Of a stretch of DNA of 64,000 nucleotides, positions 61,529 to 64,000 are shown one piece after another. Each line of letters opens with the position of its first letter. Within the stretch, counting starts at the first letter, position 1. The stretch lies in assembly GCA_031414775.1 (NCBI GenBank), contig JANOQI010000054.1:1-64000 (forward strand), read 5' to 3'. This stretch comes from Synechococcales cyanobacterium VAR_4_metabat_354. Its GTDB lineage: Bacteria > Cyanobacteriota > Cyanobacteriia > Cyanobacteriales > Chamaesiphonaceae. The translations under genes were made by a program, and so were the position numbers. Under the pieces are notes generated by a model. The model saw nothing but the letters and a program-made list of their open reading frames with translations, ran no database searches and was not told the DNA's origin.

Positions 61529-62758
61529 CTAGTTGATTAGCAACACAACCACTTCATTGCCTGCTAATACCTGCTGAACACCTACAGGCATTAGGGCTAG
61601 TCCATTAGCCAACGCTAAATTAATTAAATTGCCAGAATTATGACCACCAGCCACTGGCATAAATTGATAACGACCCTGGACGCAGCTGACTTGACCCCAC
61701 AAATAGTTTTCCCGTTGGCCATTGGAGAACAGGGATTGGGTCGTAATGGCATTTTGCCAAGCTAATTGGGGTTCTGGTACGCCCGCTAAACGCTGGAAAC
61801 TCAAATACACAAAGCGCCAGCAGCTGACCAAGGCGGACACCGGATTTCCTGGTAGTCCAAAATAAATGATCGATCGATCCTGCCGTTCAAAAGTGGCAAC
61901 GGTGAGAGGCTTACCTGGTTTCACAGCCACAGCGGTCAGATGAATATGACCACCCAGTTCGGCTAACACTCGATCGACATAATCGAAATCGCCAACCGAC
62001 ACGCCGCCAGTAGACAAAACAATATCAGCTTGATCGATCGCCTGTTGCATGGTGGCTGCTAAAGCCGCTGGCTGGTCGGGGACAATCTCCAAACAGATGG
62101 CCTCACCACCCCATTGCTGGACTAAAGCGGCTAAGGCATACTGATTGGAATTAACAATTTGCCCTGGTTGGAGGATCTGCTCAGGCGGCACCAATTCATC
62201 GCCAGTGGAGATGATAACGACCTTGGGTCGCGGGTAAACCTGAACTTCGGCATACTGGGCGGCGGCTAATACCGCGATCGCTGGCGGTAATAATCTAGTC
62301 CCAGTCGGTAATAACAGATCGCCACGGTGGGCATAATCGCCCTGTTTGCGCACAAATTGACCAAATGCCTGCGGTGCTTGTTGGATCGTCACCACTTCAC
62401 CGGCTAAGATGGTCTGCTCTTGCATGACGATCGTATCGGCTCCAGCGGGCAACATTGCCCCGGTAAAAATGCGCGCCGCTTCACCAAAACCAACTGGTTT
62501 AGTCGGTAGCACGCCAGCGGGAATGGTTTCTACTATTTTCAAACTAATCGGCTGGTCGGTAGCATTCGCCTGGAAATCTGACCACCGTACAGCGTAGCCA
62601 TCCATGGCGGAATTGTCCCAGTGGGGAAAATCTAGTTTACTAACAATAGGTTGTGCCAGGATCCGGTCTAATGCCTGATCCAAACTAACTGTTTCGGTGG
62701 TTAGCAGGGGCTTACTAAGAGCAAGAATGATCTGAGTTGCTTGGTCGGCAGTGAGCAT
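61529..62758 (-). CDS. moeA: Molybdopterin molybdotransferase
   Basis: SAMDGYA, RIFTGA, STGDEL, TGGVSVGDFD, KPGKP, LPGNPVS. Confidence 0.96.
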   Translation of the reverse strand: MLTADQATQIILALSKPLLTTETVSLDQALDRILAQPIVSKLDFPHWDNSAMDGYAVRWSDFQANATDQPISLKIVETIPAGVLPTKPVGFGEAARIFTGAMLPAGADTIVMQEQTILAGEVVTIQQAPQAFGQFVRKQGDYAHRGDLLLPTGTRLLPPAIAVLAAAQYAEVQVYPRPKVVIISTGDELVPPEQILQPGQIVNSNQYALAALVQQWGGEAICLEIVPDQPAALAATMQQAIDQADIVLSTGGVSVGDFDYVDRVLAELGGHIHLTAVAVKPGKPLTVATFERQDRSIIYFGLPGNPVSALVSCWRFVYLSFQRLAGVPEPQLAWQNAITTQSLFSNGQRENYLWGQVSCVQGRYQFMPVAGGHNSGNLINLALANGLALMPVGVQQVLAGNEVVVLLIN

Positions 62759-62828
62759 AAAGATATTAAGGTTAACTTATAGGTTGATCGCACTTCACAC
62801 CGCATTGTAATTAGGTATTGGGTATTTC

Positions 62829-63368
62829 ATGGCCTCTGGGAAGAATCACGATCGCATTACTTTGGTTTGTCTCCCGGTGGTGGCTGGAGTTAGTTTGGTT
62901 ATCACCAAAAATACTGATCTCACGTTTTGGGCAGCTAGTAGCTTTCTTTTTAGTGGCCTCATGTTTGGCCCTGATCTAGATATTTACTCGCAGCAGTATC
63001 AGCGGTGGGGTTGGTTTCGGTGGCTGTGGCGACCTTATCAACGCTGTATTCGCCATCGATCGCCTCTTTCCCATGGTCCGCTGATTGGTACCATCCTGCG
63101 GATTTTATATCTTGGTCTGTGGCTGGGTTTGATTGGTTTTATTTACTTAGGCATTAGTCGATCGATCGGTCATAATCCTGGGATCGATCGACCGTTGCTA
63201 ACCCTGGCGCAAGAATTGATTATTAGTCACCAGCAACAAATACTAGCGGCCGTAGTTGGTCTAGAGTTAGGAGCCATGAGTCATTATCTCGCCGATATTT
63301 TCTCCTCCAAAATGAAGCAGTGGGGCAAACGCTCCACCGCTCGATCGACCAAAAAGAACAAAGTCTAA
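62829..63368 (+). CDS. DUF2227-like membrane metal-binding protein
   Basis: SGKNHDRIT, GPDLD, HRSPLSHGP, SHYLAD. Confidence 0.85.
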   Translation: MASGKNHDRITLVCLPVVAGVSLVITKNTDLTFWAASSFLFSGLMFGPDLDIYSQQYQRWGWFRWLWRPYQRCIRHRSPLSHGPLIGTILRILYLGLWLGLIGFIYLGISRSIGHNPGIDRPLLTLAQELIISHQQQILAAVVGLELGAMSHYLADIFSSKMKQWGKRSTARSTKKNKV

Positions 63369-63403
63369 GCCTTAATTTTCTAGAGAATTCTAGCTAAAAA
63401 TTC

Positions 63404-64000
63404 CTAGTTAGACTGACGACGCATCATCAACAGCTGCACGAGTTGCATTACAGCGGAAATAGTACTCGCCACATAGGTTAAGGCGGCTGCGCTCAACACT
63501 TTTTTAGCCGCCTTATTTTCTTCACCTTGCAAAATGCCTAAATCATTGATGATATTTAAGGCTCGGCGGGAAGCATCAAATTCTACGGGTAAAGTCACGA
63601 TGTGAAATAGTACTGCTGCTGCAAATACCACAATTCCCACATTGAGGAGGGTGTTACCTAAAAACGGACTGGCCGCAGTTAAAAATAAACCACCCATGAC
63701 CAACAATGGGCCAAACTGGCTACCAATATTAGCGACTGGTACCAAAGCTGCCCGCAGATTCATCGGCTTGTAACCTTGCACATCTTGCAGCACATGACCG
63801 CACTCATGAGCGGCAATCGCCGCAGCTGATAATGAGCTAGATCCGTATACCCCTTCAGAAAGACGCACTGCTCGGGCGGATGGGTCGTAATGATCACTAA
63901 GTTGGCCGCCTACTGGTTCAACATTCACATCATTCACCCCCATCTTTTGGAGAATTGTCTGAGCGACTTCAGCACCAGTCATCCCCAAACTAGAATTCAC
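63404..64000 (-). CDS. YugP-like membrane zinc metallopeptidase (5' end outside window)
   Basis: LSDHYDP, AAHECGH (HExxH), TLPVEFDASRRA, AAALTYVA. Confidence 0.93.
   Translation of the reverse strand: MNSSLGMTGAEVAQTILQKMGVNDVNVEPVGGQLSDHYDPSARAVRLSEGVYGSSSLSAAAIAAHECGHVLQDVQGYKPMNLRAALVPVANIGSQFGPLLVMGGLFLTAASPFLGNTLLNVGIVVFAAAVLFHIVTLPVEFDASRRALNIINDLGILQGEENKAAKKVLSAAALTYVASTISAVMQLVQLLMMRRQSN

Noticed and set aside
1..64000. tRNA, rRNA, riboswitch or CRISPR array
   Set aside because: No cloverleaf, rRNA signature, cobalamin or Moco riboswitch core, or repeat-spacer pattern recognised in any intergenic region; an Infernal/tRNAscan-SE run would be needed to exclude them formally

Overview
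Cyanobacterial chromosome segment, judged from frequent CGATCG-core palindromes and cyanobacterial-type gene families. It holds about 57 mostly housekeeping CDSs. These include the pilMNOQ operon, argS, a small AT-rich polysaccharide cassette, lipB, glgA, hemC, a TRAP transporter, ilvB, an Rrf2-linked sulfate ABC locus, NDH-2, larE, cobO, coaBC, a type-B sdhCAB operon, a sucrose-phosphate-synthase-like GT4, trpE, a KirBac channel, SulP and moeA. I found no rRNA, tRNA or CRISPR array. Four items are absent from or unlabelled in the ORF track: an IS66-like left end at the window start, an IS4-like remnant, a truncated EamA gene and a decayed GT4 pseudogene. Best candidates for an undescribed system are: (1) a compact operon of an alpha/beta hydrolase, a membrane-anchored MurF-like ligase and a divergent Ddl; (2) a two-gene islet lacking CGATCG that pairs a heme-oxygenase-like diiron enzyme with an exported DUF1838-like protein; (3) CysK-docking-like C-terminal tails on both CysA and the adjacent Rrf2 regulator, plus shared operator sites; (4) a four-gene cluster of unknown function with tandemly duplicated, output-less 8-TM sensor-like proteins; (5) an ArgRS paralog lacking the catalytic domain. 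All family assignments come from motif recognition by eye, and no searches were run.
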